Virus record (IMG/VR): IMGVR_UViG_3300031994_000022
Source: a virus
Taxonomy: Duplodnaviria; Caudoviricetes
Length of the DNA stretch: 64,000 nt
Direction: 5' to 3' (one strand)
Position 1 is the stretch's first letter. Every line of letters starts with the position of its first letter. The notes beneath the pieces are model-generated. The model made no database searches, was not told where the DNA came from, and saw only the letters and a program-made list of their open reading frames with translations. Shown piece after piece: positions 1 to 9,561 of the stretch. A program made the position numbers and the translations under genes.

Positions 1-2
1 CT

Positions 3-293
3 GCTGATTTCTTTAAAATTACAGCATTTGGAAAGCTTGGCGAATTCTGCGAGAAGTATCTTAAGCAGGGTACAAAGATAGTTATGACAGGTCGTATAGA
101 GAATAACAACTATACCGATGCTGATGGTAACAGGATATATAGAGATCAGATTATAGCTGAGAATATCGAATTTGCAGAGTCTAAGAAGGCTCAGGAAGCA
201 AATGGCGGTTCAGCTCCTACGCCATCAAACAATGATTTTATCAATCAGGGTATTGATGAAAATGAGTTAAAAACTGACCTTCCATGGGAATAA
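3..293 (+). CDS. ssb: Single-stranded DNA-binding protein (5'-truncated by window edge)
   Basis: Frame open from nt 3: ADFFKITAFGKLGEFCEKYLKQGTKIVMTGRIENNNYTDADG...ENIEFAESK, acidic tail ending DLPWE; typical Firmicute SSB. Confidence 0.92.
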   Translation, partial: ADFFKITAFGKLGEFCEKYLKQGTKIVMTGRIENNNYTDADGNRIYRDQIIAENIEFAESKKAQEANGGSAPTPSNNDFINQGIDENELKTDLPWE

Positions 294-491
294 CATAATA
301 TACCCCTCGGTTTAGCCGGAAACGAGTCTTTTCTCCGTAAAAAGACGTACCTCTCATTTAGATATGTTGATAAGTGAAAATCCATGGTAAGTAACTTATT
401 TAATATATACAGTTTTAGTGCAATAAGTTTCTGTATAAAAAACATTACTCCCTCAACCTCTGCTTGCACGTTGAGGTGCTACACACAATAT

Positions 492-564
492 TGGGCTGTC
501 GCCAAGCGGTGAAGGCATCAGACTTTGACTCTGAGATTCGGTGGTTCGAATCCACTCAGCCCAG
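492..564 (+). tRNA. tRNA-Gln(UUG)
   Basis: Acceptor TGGGCTG/CAGCCCA, D arm GCCAAGCGGTGAAGGC, anticodon arm TCAGA-CTTTGAC-TCTGA, T loop GGTTCGAATCC; CCA not encoded. Confidence 0.95.
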
Positions 565-621
565 TTTGTGCCTTTATATATTTGAGTTGATATAGTTAAA
601 GGCATTGTTAATAACATCAAG

Positions 622-684
622 GACTCTCGTAACTCAGTTGGATAGAGGAATTTGTGTCGTGGGTTCGAGTCCCACCGAGAGTCT
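622..684 (+). ncRNA. tRNA-like RNA / pseudo-tRNA lacking the anticodon arm
   Basis: Acceptor GACTCTCG/CGAGAGTC, D arm CTCAGTTGGATAGAG, T arm GTGGG-TTCGAGT-CCCAC; only about 11 nt between D and T arms. Confidence 0.75.
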
Positions 685-845
685 GCGGAGTGGAGAGCAA
701 AATAGTACACACTCAGTAGCGTAAGCTAGGCTAATTAAGTGCGATGTGCGGTCATCCTACCGACCTTAAGGTAGGCTAAAAATTAATAATTATGCCTCTC
801 AACCGATACACACCGATGTATAAACATGGTCGGATTACAAGACAT

Positions 846-868
846 GCGGTTGCCGACCGCCCCTTTTT
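846..868 (+). terminator. Putative intrinsic terminator ending the RNA cluster
   Basis: GCGGT-TGCCG-ACCGC hairpin followed by CCCTTTTT. Confidence 0.45.
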
Positions 869-893
869 AAAAAATGAAATCGAGGTGCAATCA

Positions 894-2234
894 TTGGAAC
901 AATATGCAGACCTTAAAGATATAGCAGCTGAGAGTGGAGTTGTTTCGTCGCTCTTGGTACACCCAGAATATATACTTCATACCGATTGGTTAAAGGCTGA
1001 ACACTTTTCCCAAAAAGAAAATGGTGCGATCTATTGGGCAGTACAGGAATTATACAAGAAGGGTATAACCAACATAGATGAACTCAACTTAAACAATCAG
1101 CTATCTAGCAACAAAGCAGTACAGAAGTTAATGAGCAGTCATAATCTGACTGATATAAGTAAATATATGGAATTAGCAGATTACGCTGCTAGAGATACAT
1201 TAAATGAATATTTGGAACTATGTAATACGGTAGTTTCGTTAGCATATAAAAGAACTCTATACAAGAAGACCTCAGAAATCCAAAGACTTTGTTTTAAATC
1301 GAGTAACGTTGAGGAAACCGACAATAAAGTACATCGTATCCTTAATGCTCTTACAGAAGAATTTCTCGTAACGTCGGAACTTAAGGAGATAGGTGATGAA
1401 GCGGATGATTTGCTTCAAAAGGTTATTAGTAAGCAAGGCGAAGATGGATTTGGTATACCAAGTGAATACGAGATATTTGATGACTATTTCCATTTCGAGA
1501 AAGGTGAGTTGATAGTAGTAGCTTCTCGTATGAAATCAGGCAAAACTGCCTATTTGTTAAACGAAGCAATCGGAAAAGCTAAGAAAGGTATTCCTACTGT
1601 AGTATTCGACACGGAGCTAACTGATGAGATGTGGTATCTAAGGGCGATTGCAAATCTCAGTAAAGTGGCAGTAAGACGAATCAAGGAAGGAAAATGGACG
1701 GATAACGAGAAACAAAAAATTCTCGAAGCCAATAACAAGCTTAAAGAACTTCCACTCGTTCATGTGTATATGCCGATAGTTGATATTAATCGAGTATATG
1801 CAATCTGTAAAATCCTTAAATACAAGATAGGACTAGAGTTTGTTTGCTTTGATTATATTAAAGGCAATGACACAGATGCATTTGCGCTATCAAATAGACT
1901 TGGACAAATAACTGATACTCTGAAGAATGAGATAGCTGGAGAACTTGATATGTACGTATTGGCAGCTTGTCAGCTGAGTAGAACAAACGAAATATCATCA
2001 TCCGATAAGATAGCGATGTATGCATCTACTATTTTGTATTGGCGATACAAGTCGCCTAGTGAGATTCAAACCGATGGAGGATTAGATTATGGAAATATTT
2101 ATACAAGAATATTCCTAAATCGTAATGGTTCTCAACAAAATGAAGGTGAATGGATGAATCTTCAATATACCGGTGACACTCAGACTATATCAATGTGTAA
2201 GCAAAACGATAAAGATGATAACAAACCTTTTTAA
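894..2234 (+). CDS. dnaB: Replicative DnaB-like helicase
   Basis: AAESGVVSSLL N-terminal motif, Walker A-like ASRMKSGKT, FDTE, DYI, ACQLSR, NRNG; TTG start at 894 with GAGGTG RBS. Confidence 0.9.
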   Translation: MEQYADLKDIAAESGVVSSLLVHPEYILHTDWLKAEHFSQKENGAIYWAVQELYKKGITNIDELNLNNQLSSNKAVQKLMSSHNLTDISKYMELADYAARDTLNEYLELCNTVVSLAYKRTLYKKTSEIQRLCFKSSNVEETDNKVHRILNALTEEFLVTSELKEIGDEADDLLQKVISKQGEDGFGIPSEYEIFDDYFHFEKGELIVVASRMKSGKTAYLLNEAIGKAKKGIPTVVFDTELTDEMWYLRAIANLSKVAVRRIKEGKWTDNEKQKILEANNKLKELPLVHVYMPIVDINRVYAICKILKYKIGLEFVCFDYIKGNDTDAFALSNRLGQITDTLKNEIAGELDMYVLAACQLSRTNEISSSDKIAMYASTILYWRYKSPSEIQTDGGLDYGNIYTRIFLNRNGSQQNEGEWMNLQYTGDTQTISMCKQNDKDDNKPF

Positions 2235-2245
2235 AGGAGAAGGTC

Positions 2246-2503
2246 ATGCGAAACAATTGGCAATTATGCAGTAAGAATCCACCCCCACAATATACCAGAG
2301 TGGAAATTAAGACAAAAGATGGGAAGCACTACGTAGGATATAGATGTGCATATACATATTACGAAACGATAGGTAACTATATCATCAAAGATCCTCATAA
2401 GTGGAGATGGATACCTGAATATAGCTATCTGCTCGAAACCGTCAAAGACAAGATTAAGAAAAATGGGATGATGGAGGTAGGTTATGGTTGTAGTGAGCAA
2501 TGA
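2246..2503 (+). CDS. Hypothetical phage protein
   Basis: AAGGAG RBS, operonic position. Confidence 0.7.
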   Translation: MRNNWQLCSKNPPPQYTRVEIKTKDGKHYVGYRCAYTYYETIGNYIIKDPHKWRWIPEYSYLLETVKDKIKKNGMMEVGYGCSEQ

Positions 2504-2687
2504 ATGTTGCGACTGTGCAGCACCAGGATATCCTTGCATCGGAGACGCATGTTACTTAAGACATTACGTTCACCATTATTGTGATAAATGCGGAGATGAT
2601 GTAGATACCCTGTATTGGTTTGAAGGTGAACAATTATGTAGCTATTGTGTGTTAAATAGTTTAGAGGAGGTGGATGACGATGAGTAA
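2484..2687 (+). CDS. Small Cys-rich (zinc-binding) phage protein
   Basis: GGAGG RBS; CCDC...C...C, CDKC...CSYC. Confidence 0.7.
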   Translation: MVVVSNECCDCAAPGYPCIGDACYLRHYVHHYCDKCGDDVDTLYWFEGEQLCSYCVLNSLEEVDDDE

Positions 2688-2976
2688 GATTTACATAGTC
2701 ATATCTGGTAGCGGAGAAGGCGAAGACTATCACGAGTTTATAGAAAAAGCTTTTCGAGATGCAAAGAAAGCTGAAGCATATCTCAATGAACTGACATCTG
2801 ATAATAAACGTATGATGGAGATGGCTGAGAGATGTCGTAATTGCGATGGACATGATGCTAGTTGTCCGTTATGGATTGAACCTACTGATATTACAGACGG
2901 ATGCGATAACTATATAAATAACGCATATTACGAGAATATCGATTATTTGATAGAAGAAGTGGAGTTAGTGGAGTAA
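2674..2976 (+). CDS. Hypothetical phage protein
   Basis: GAGGAGG RBS, overlapping operon. Confidence 0.7.
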   Translation: MTMSKIYIVISGSGEGEDYHEFIEKAFRDAKKAEAYLNELTSDNKRMMEMAERCRNCDGHDASCPLWIEPTDITDGCDNYINNAYYENIDYLIEEVELVE

Positions 2977-3278
2977 TGGAAAGAGGAATAAAGATATTAG
3001 TAAATTGTATAAGGTGTAAAAGATGTGATGAAACTCTTAACAGTAGACACGTACATGATTTTGTACCTTGTAAATGTTTCATAGAATCACAAGGTGCTAA
3101 AGGTTGTGCGTGTGATGGCGGTTTAGAGTATTTAAGAAGAGTTGGAGAGTATGGAACATGGGATGATTTATCGGTGACTCGTCCTTATACAGATGAGGAA
3201 GTAGATGAGTATAATCAGCAGCAAGAATTGTTAGCAGAGCAATATGGTTGGACAAACATTAATTATATGGAGAAGTAA
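2976..3278 (+). CDS. Conserved phage zinc-binding protein
   Basis: CKRC...SRHVHDFVPCKC...DGGLEYLRRVG pattern, recognisable from other phages. Confidence 0.7.
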   Translation: MERGIKILVNCIRCKRCDETLNSRHVHDFVPCKCFIESQGAKGCACDGGLEYLRRVGEYGTWDDLSVTRPYTDEEVDEYNQQQELLAEQYGWTNINYMEK

Positions 3279-3280
3279 TA

Positions 3281-4069
3281 TTGATGGAAGATATAAGAAA
3301 AAAAATGAAAAACGATGTGCTTTCATTTTCTCGTATTAATGGCTTCCAATGTCCTTATGAGTGGTACCTTCATTATATTGAAGGTATCGAAGGCGAAACG
3401 GGATTCTTTGCCGAAGTAGGAAGTGCAGCTCACGAAACATTAGAATCATATTTAAAACAAGAAAAAGATATGTTTGAATTACTAGAATATTTTGAAGAAA
3501 AATGGCAAGAACATGTTGTACATGACGCTCCTCCTAATAAGTATGTGGATATTAAAGAACAATACTATCAACAATGCGTAGATTATTTTAGTCAACTTAT
3601 GTTTGATTTTGATGAATATGAAGTTTTAGGAGTAGAAAGAGAAGTAAAGTTTCAGGTTGGTGAATATAAATTTCATGGATTCATAGATTTGCTATTAAGA
3701 GATAAAGAAACTGATGAAATAATAATTAGTGATCATAAAAGTTTTCAGCCTCGTTTTAAAAAGAATGGGGAAATAAGTAAAACTCAAGCTGAACATTTTA
3801 ATGATTTTAAACATCAGCTTTATATGTATTCAATTCCAATAATAGAAGAGTATGGAAAAGTAGATAAACTAAGATGGAACTTTTTTAGAACTCAGCAAGA
3901 GTATATTATTCCTTGGAAACAAGAAGAATATGATGAAACATTAAACTGGGCGTTAAACAGAATTGAAGAAATAAGTAATGAAATGATTTGGTTACCTAAT
4001 AATAAAAATACTTTTTATTGTAATTATTTATGCTCAATGAGAAATAAAGCCTGTGAATATAAACAGTAA
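3281..4069 (+). CDS. PD-(D/E)XK Cas4/RecB-like exonuclease
   Basis: LSFSRI..QCPY, E-x-GFIDL...DHKS, QLYMY, C-terminal CNYLC...C (split 4-Cys cluster). Confidence 0.85.
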   Translation: MMEDIRKKMKNDVLSFSRINGFQCPYEWYLHYIEGIEGETGFFAEVGSAAHETLESYLKQEKDMFELLEYFEEKWQEHVVHDAPPNKYVDIKEQYYQQCVDYFSQLMFDFDEYEVLGVEREVKFQVGEYKFHGFIDLLLRDKETDEIIISDHKSFQPRFKKNGEISKTQAEHFNDFKHQLYMYSIPIIEEYGKVDKLRWNFFRTQQEYIIPWKQEEYDETLNWALNRIEEISNEMIWLPNNKNTFYCNYLCSMRNKACEYKQ

Positions 4070-4084
4070 AGGAGAAAATTAAAC

Positions 4085-4702
4085 ATGAGCCAATTCTGCG
4101 GAAAATGTGATTTCTACGACGGCTTTGTCGCTATCGGCGGAGAAGGTGATGAGAAAAAGGTCGAAGAAAATCTAAAAAAACTAAAACTCTACATCTACGG
4201 TAAAGATGGAAGAGACCATAGAGTAAAGTCGGATACGATTAAAGATATAGCTAAGTATTATCCATATCTAGAAGGTTGTGCAGCTTACAACAGAGAGACT
4301 GGATATAATATACTTCTTTCTTCCGATTCTTTCATTGATCAAGAAGAGCGTGAACATGTCGGATGGTATGTCAAAGAAGTATATAAGTACTGGCGTAAGT
4401 GCAAGCGTATTAAGAAACCGTTTGTAGTTGATGAATGTGTAAAAGCACTTAGTTATTGGACTAACACGGATATTCTCCGTACTATAGCAGAGCGTGTTGC
4501 TACAGACGGTAATAAAGCTGAATTTGATGATATACATCTATCTCTACATGAATATTACCGGAGGCGGTGGTTTGATGAACTAGTACGGTTAGGCTATTCG
4601 GAATTCGAGGCATACAATTGGTGCTTCAAAGGTCTTTTCGATAGTGAAGAAACGGTAATAGAAAGGTTAGGAAGACCATTAAATATACCTGAAAAGGTAT
4701 AA
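4085..4702 (+). CDS. Hypothetical phage protein
   Basis: AAGGAG RBS, 205 aa, N-terminal SQFCGKCDFYD. Confidence 0.75.
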   Translation: MSQFCGKCDFYDGFVAIGGEGDEKKVEENLKKLKLYIYGKDGRDHRVKSDTIKDIAKYYPYLEGCAAYNRETGYNILLSSDSFIDQEEREHVGWYVKEVYKYWRKCKRIKKPFVVDECVKALSYWTNTDILRTIAERVATDGNKAEFDDIHLSLHEYYRRRWFDELVRLGYSEFEAYNWCFKGLFDSEETVIERLGRPLNIPEKV

Positions 4703-4720
4703 ACAATTACCATAAGGGGG

Positions 4721-5749
4721 ATGTTATACCCTATGAGGTACAATCAGGAACAGTTGAATGAATTAGCTGAAAAAGTAGATATAGTAGACTACATAGGGCA
4801 GACAGAAGAGCTTCATAAAAAAGGCGACAAGTACTTCTGTTGCTGTCCATTTCATAATAATGACGATACTCCTTCATTATGTATTTACCCATCCTCAAAT
4901 AGATGGTACTGCTTTGGCTGTGGTGCCGGCAGTTCCATCTATGATTGGATAATGAAAAAAGAAGATCTCAGCTTTGCAGATAGCATCAAGAAAGTTGCAG
5001 ATATAACAGATTCAACTATAGATATAACAAGTTGGTATGAATCTGAATCAGTAAAATTTCTGAAGGAGCTGAAAAAAGATAAAGAATCTAAAGCTTGTTT
5101 GTACAAGCTGGACAGACAAGTTTTAGACTTCTCGTCAGATTACTTAGATAAATACTCTGACGAACTGCCAGAAGAATGGTTGGCAGAAGATATGACGGCG
5201 GAAGCCCTAAAGATTTATAACATACGCATTGATCATGATGCGAATCGAATTGTCTATCCAGTATTCGACGAAGATGGGCAATTCATAGGAGTAAAAGGAA
5301 GAACGAGACTTGCTGCTTACAAAGAATTAGGTCTGAGTAAATATATCAATTATCAAAAAATTGGTGGACTCACCTATTTCCAGGGTTGGCAGCAAGCGTT
5401 CTCAGAAATTATCAACAGAAAATCCGTAATTATCTTTGAAGGGATTAAGTCATGTATTAAAGCTTATGGATGGGGAATCAAGAATACAGTGGCTTCGGAG
5501 ACATCCGACCTATCAGAAGGACAATTGCGGTTATTAATTAAAAACGGAATTTCCGAAGTTATCATTGCGTGGGATTCGGATCAAGATTTTAAAAAGATTA
5601 TAAGTAATCCCAGGATTAAAACATTAAAAAGATTTACGGATGTATCGGTTATTAGAGATATGAAACATATATTAGATGAAAAAGAAGCTCCTGTAGATAA
5701 AGGTGAGAGAGTATTTCGGGAGCTTTTTGATAGGAGGGTGAGATTATGA
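4721..5749 (+). CDS. dnaG: DNA primase (CHC2 zinc finger + TOPRIM)
   Basis: CPFH..DTPS...CFGC zinc finger; RIVYPV, GR, FEG, AWDSD TOPRIM. Confidence 0.9.
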   Translation: MLYPMRYNQEQLNELAEKVDIVDYIGQTEELHKKGDKYFCCCPFHNNDDTPSLCIYPSSNRWYCFGCGAGSSIYDWIMKKEDLSFADSIKKVADITDSTIDITSWYESESVKFLKELKKDKESKACLYKLDRQVLDFSSDYLDKYSDELPEEWLAEDMTAEALKIYNIRIDHDANRIVYPVFDEDGQFIGVKGRTRLAAYKELGLSKYINYQKIGGLTYFQGWQQAFSEIINRKSVIIFEGIKSCIKAYGWGIKNTVASETSDLSEGQLRLLIKNGISEVIIAWDSDQDFKKIISNPRIKTLKRFTDVSVIRDMKHILDEKEAPVDKGERVFRELFDRRVRL

Positions 5750-5946
5750 GTTTACCAACGAGAGAAGAATTTTTTAAGAGTGAGCAGGTGCTAGAAAACG
5801 ACATGTCTAAAATGTGGAATAAGGAGTTATATAAATGTCCACGCTGTAACGGCGGTGTAAAGCGTGATTATTCAGTAGTATATATGACTAATCCACCGAA
5901 ATATAGATATTTCTGCTTAAACTGTAGTTATAGTGAAATTATGTGA
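5746..5946 (+). CDS. Zinc-ribbon small protein
   Basis: CPRC...TNPPKYRYFCLNC; GGAGG RBS. Confidence 0.7.
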   Translation: MSLPTREEFFKSEQVLENDMSKMWNKELYKCPRCNGGVKRDYSVVYMTNPPKYRYFCLNCSYSEIM

Positions 5947-5956
5947 GGTGTGAAAC

Positions 5957-6235
5957 ATGATAACAGAAGATAGAAATGATGCGATGCTTGTTAGAATAAT
6001 TGACGTTAATGAGGAAAATGGTGCAGAAAAATTAGTGACTTCATACTATACAACTGCAATTAACGAGACATTGAAGATGTTTATCACTGCGAAAGAATAT
6101 CAGATAGATATTGATTTTAACCAATATAGTTTTGTTGTTGATGATAAATATAAACATATGACGTATTTGATCAAAGACGTTTGTATTCGTGCCGGTAGCA
6201 GTGAGGATATGCCGATGATTCAGGTATATATATAG
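5957..6235 (+). CDS. Hypothetical protein
   Basis: GAGGTG RBS. Confidence 0.65.
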   Translation: MITEDRNDAMLVRIIDVNEENGAEKLVTSYYTTAINETLKMFITAKEYQIDIDFNQYSFVVDDKYKHMTYLIKDVCIRAGSSEDMPMIQVYI

Positions 6236-6244
6236 AGGTAGGGT

Positions 6245-6862
6245 ATGACTAAAAAACAACGAAGACGTAAGAAAAAAATCCAGATGTGGAATAAAAAATT
6301 AATAAAAAAGTATCCTTGGGTTAGACCACGAAACGTTTGGACGGGCAAGCTGGTAAAAGATTATGATTATTTATTTACCGAGTACGACTGCGTTGATGAA
6401 GGTTGGCAAAAAGCTTTTGGTCTTATGATGCTTGAAGAGATAGACCAAGAGTTGCGTAAGAATCATCATAGAGATGAATATAGAATATTACAAGTGAAAG
6501 AGAAGTTTGGATCGCTGAGGTGGTATGACAACGGCGGTGCAAATGAAACAATTAATAAATATGAACATATATCCGAACATGTTTGTTCCTTCTGTGGTCG
6601 TCCTGATACTCATATTACAGATGGAGGTTGGGTGCTTCCGGTTTGTAAAAAGTGTTATGAGAAGAAATGGCGTAGAGGTAGCAAGTTTGAATATGATGAA
6701 GTGGTATGTGATGAAGATCCTAGAATACAGGATACATATAAGGTGACTAGATTTTCCAAAGAGGGTAACGAGATTATTGAATATGATATTTCCGATACCG
6801 TCAATAAGATAAGAGTTTGGTGGAACAAAAATCATCCAGATGATCAGGTGGAGGTAAGATAA
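6245..6862 (+). CDS. Conserved phage protein (QVKEKFGSLRWY family)
   Basis: GW...QVKEKFGSLRWY...CSFCG...GW..PVC..C, a recurrent phage family. Confidence 0.75.
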   Translation: MTKKQRRRKKKIQMWNKKLIKKYPWVRPRNVWTGKLVKDYDYLFTEYDCVDEGWQKAFGLMMLEEIDQELRKNHHRDEYRILQVKEKFGSLRWYDNGGANETINKYEHISEHVCSFCGRPDTHITDGGWVLPVCKKCYEKKWRRGSKFEYDEVVCDEDPRIQDTYKVTRFSKEGNEIIEYDISDTVNKIRVWWNKNHPDDQVEVR

Positions 6863-7435
6863 GTGGAATATAACTTAACTAATCATGCTCGTGAAAGATA
6901 TGCTGAAAGAATCATGGGTAAAAATAATAAGCTTGAGGTTCAGAATTTCATCAATCAACATGAAAATAAAATCTATGATGATATAGAGAAAATGATTGAA
7001 TATGGTGTAGTAATTTATGAAGGACAGCAAGTGCGAAGTAAAGATACTAGACCTACCAAATACATACTTAAAGACAATTGGTTGGTGGTAGTCAATCCCC
7101 AAGATAAAACCGTGGTTACATTATACAAAATTGACCTTGGAGCTGGGGATGAAATGAATGCTCAGTATATTCAGATAATGTTAGATAAGTTGAAGACCGC
7201 AAAGGATAAAGCTGATGAAAAAATATCTGTGTTGAATGAACTAACTAGTTCATATAAGAATGCCATTACTGAAAACAATAATCTTATTGAGGATTATAAA
7301 CACAAAATTAAGTCACTAGAAGAACAAAATGAATGTCTTAATAAACTATTACAAGAAGAACGAGACAATAAAACTATAGCAGAGGAAGAGATGCGTGAAG
7401 TTATAGCTATTATGACTACCGGTACAAAGTTTTAG
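6863..7435 (+). CDS. Hypothetical protein (N-terminal TNHARERY domain + coiled coil)
   Basis: GGAGG RBS, GTG start. Confidence 0.7.
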   Translation: MEYNLTNHARERYAERIMGKNNKLEVQNFINQHENKIYDDIEKMIEYGVVIYEGQQVRSKDTRPTKYILKDNWLVVVNPQDKTVVTLYKIDLGAGDEMNAQYIQIMLDKLKTAKDKADEKISVLNELTSSYKNAITENNNLIEDYKHKIKSLEEQNECLNKLLQEERDNKTIAEEEMREVIAIMTTGTKF

Positions 7436-7448
7436 AAAGGGGGATAAT

Positions 7449-7667
7449 ATGGGATCAATCATAGCAGCGAGTGTGCTAATATTAGTTATTATAGGTCAGA
7501 TGATTATTAATTCGGTCTTGTTAGATCAGATTGAAAAAGACCGTCGTGAAAATGCGAAATATTACGCAAAGCTTCGTAAGGAATATGATAAACGAATTAA
7601 AGAACTTCATGATGAATTTGAGCTGATGGAAGATTTGACTTACGGAGGGCATAGATGGGTAGAGTAG
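7449..7667 (+). CDS. Small membrane-anchored protein
   Basis: N-terminal hydrophobic helix. Confidence 0.65.
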   Translation: MGSIIAASVLILVIIGQMIINSVLLDQIEKDRRENAKYYAKLRKEYDKRIKELHDEFELMEDLTYGGHRWVE

Positions 7668-7885
7668 AAGTTATCGTTAGTGAATTAGATAGATTATACG
7701 AGTTTGAAATTGATAAATATGTTAACGAATGCAACGACCTTAAGCGTATGGGATACAAAATTTATCGCAATAATGAAGGGCGACATAAGGTTATAGAACC
7801 ACAAAAAATGTCATCAAACTTTGGGGATAATGATATCTTTAATGCGTTTGGTGGAATATTCGGAGAGATATTTGGAAAGAAGTAA
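7655..7885 (+). CDS. Hypothetical protein
   Basis: GGAGG RBS. Confidence 0.65.
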   Translation: MGRVEVIVSELDRLYEFEIDKYVNECNDLKRMGYKIYRNNEGRHKVIEPQKMSSNFGDNDIFNAFGGIFGEIFGKK

Positions 7886-7900
7886 AAAGGAGAAAATTAA

Positions 7901-8173
7901 ATGCGTGAAAAAGGACAAGAGTATGAATGTGACTTAATTCCGTTGATTGTTTATGTGCCGAATAATACTGTAGCCTTAGACCTATATGTCACGGTGATGG
8001 AAGAAGATAAAAGTATTCAGCATGCTGTTAATAGTATGAGTATAGCTGATTTATATGAGGCTAGAGTAGATGGCGAGTATTGGGAAGCTGAAAACGCTAA
8101 ATATACGATTACTGATGAGGGGAGAGAACTCCTGGATAATGGTGGAAATATTGAAGAGTTATTAAACAAATAA
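7901..8173 (+). CDS. Hypothetical protein
   Basis: AAGGAG RBS. Confidence 0.65.
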   Translation: MREKGQEYECDLIPLIVYVPNNTVALDLYVTVMEEDKSIQHAVNSMSIADLYEARVDGEYWEAENAKYTITDEGRELLDNGGNIEELLNK

Positions 8174-8282
8174 AATTTTGTTTTCATTGGTCGTTACGAC
8201 TCAATAAATAGACAGATATTGCAGATTAACTATAAATTACGTTATTAAGATGCCAAATATGGCACGTTAAAAAAACTTTAAA

Positions 8283-8341
8283 AGGAGGAAATGAGGTTTG
8301 TCCGGACAACAAAATGCGCATTTACTCCTGAAAAAAATTGA
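8283..8341 (+). promoter_or_regulatory. RBS-sequestering leader hairpin / uORF upstream of the methyltransferase
   Basis: AGGAGGAAATG pairs with CATTTACTCCT; 16-codon uORF 8291-8341 whose TGA overlaps the MTase TTG start. Confidence 0.5.
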
Positions 8342-9246
8342 ATCAAAACAAAAATATATTAAAAGTAGTGACATGTTTTACAGGTATAGGCATGCAAGAA
8401 CGTGGAATTGAGAATACCGGGTTATTTGATATGGAAGTGATAAATACTTGTGAAATGGATACGGATGCTATTATTTCATATGCTGCTATTCATCACAATT
8501 TAACAAAAGAAGATGTGATGAATTACGCCGAGTATCCATCTCGGGAAGAAATGGCGCAACAATTATCAAATAAACATATTGGTTATGATTTTGTAAAAGA
8601 TAAACCATATGATTGGGGAAAACTTGCAAGAAGTAAAGATAGCAAGATGAGACTTCAAACTGCTTGGTTAGCAGATAAGCTTAATAAAAATGTTGGTGAT
8701 ATCTGTAGAGTAGAAAGTTTTCCACAGTGTGATTTATTAACTTTTAGCTTTCCTTGCACCGATCTTTCAATTGCTGGTCGTCAAGCTGGAATGGTAGAAG
8801 GTGAAACTCGTAGTGGTCTCGTATATGAAGTTCTCCGTATACTCAAGAATATGGAAGCTGAAGATAATCTTCCAACATATCTTCTGATGGAGAATGTAGA
8901 CGCTCTTGTAAATAAAAAGAATAAACCACAGTATGAAGCACTTAATGAAGAATTTGCTGACTTAGGTTATGACGTAAAATGGCAAGTCCTTAATGGTAAA
9001 AATTGTGGTGTACCGCAAAATCGATCTAGAATTTTTGCTATTTATTGGCTTAGAGATAAGGTTGATTTATCTAATTTTGAGTTTCCAAAGCCATTTGATG
9101 ATGGTCGTAGACTTAAAGATATATTGATGGATGAAGTCGATGAAAAATATTACATAACTAACGAAAGAGCACAAGCCTTAATTAGAGATTTAGTTATGAA
9201 TGATAAAGTATTGCCAACCGAAGAAACTGTAAAAAAAAACAAATAG
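8338..9246 (+). CDS. C5-cytosine DNA methyltransferase, N-terminal catalytic part (motifs I-VIII)
   Basis: FTGIG (I), GDI, FSFPCTDLS.AG (IV), ENV (VI), PQNRSRIF (VIII); motifs IX-X absent from this ORF. Confidence 0.92.
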   Translation: MNQNKNILKVVTCFTGIGMQERGIENTGLFDMEVINTCEMDTDAIISYAAIHHNLTKEDVMNYAEYPSREEMAQQLSNKHIGYDFVKDKPYDWGKLARSKDSKMRLQTAWLADKLNKNVGDICRVESFPQCDLLTFSFPCTDLSIAGRQAGMVEGETRSGLVYEVLRILKNMEAEDNLPTYLLMENVDALVNKKNKPQYEALNEEFADLGYDVKWQVLNGKNCGVPQNRSRIFAIYWLRDKVDLSNFEFPKPFDDGRRLKDILMDEVDEKYYITNERAQALIRDLVMNDKVLPTEETVKKNK

Positions 9247-9374
9247 GATGTGATCTTACATTTCGAGGTTCAAGAATTATGGAGATTACTTCATGCGTCA
9301 CTTCAAGGTATGATGCCGGGATATGCAAACATCTTATGGAAAGAACAGGAGTATGTGAAATTAATAATGGATAA
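9231..9374 (+). CDS. TRD-like module in the -1 frame behind an A9 run
   Basis: KKKQIGCDLTFRGSRIMEITSCVTSRYDAGICKHLMERTGVCEINNG; no upstream start in its own frame. Confidence 0.55.
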   Translation, partial: KKKQIGCDLTFRGSRIMEITSCVTSRYDAGICKHLMERTGVCEINNG

Positions 9375-9561
9375 AACCAATAGAATATTAGTTATAGGTA
9401 TTTTACGAGCAGTTAACACTGAGAGCAAACATATACATCTTGAAGATTATGTTTACTCTGAGCTAGGATTAGCACCCACATTAACTGCCAGGGATTATAA
9501 AGACCCTAGAAGAATATTAATTAATGAGGATAATCATGTTAGATGTAATGAGATTAGGTAG
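9367..9561 (+). CDS. MTase variable-region (TRD-like) mini-ORF
   Basis: VIG...VYSELGLAPTLTARDYKDPRRILI. Confidence 0.7.
   Translation: MDKTNRILVIGILRAVNTESKHIHLEDYVYSELGLAPTLTARDYKDPRRILINEDNHVRCNEIR

Noticed and set aside
565-790. tRNA-associated HDV-like (theta) ribozyme
   Set aside because: GGCTAA after a hairpin is suggestive, but I could not build P2/P3/P1.1
792-893. N-terminal extension of DnaB in the ORF track
   Set aside because: No RBS, overlaps a structured region and terminator; TTG at 894 has a good RBS
9250-9366. GTG-started extension of ORF 9250..9561
   Set aside because: The TRD-like sequence here is in another frame (9231-9374); the real unit starts at ATG 9367
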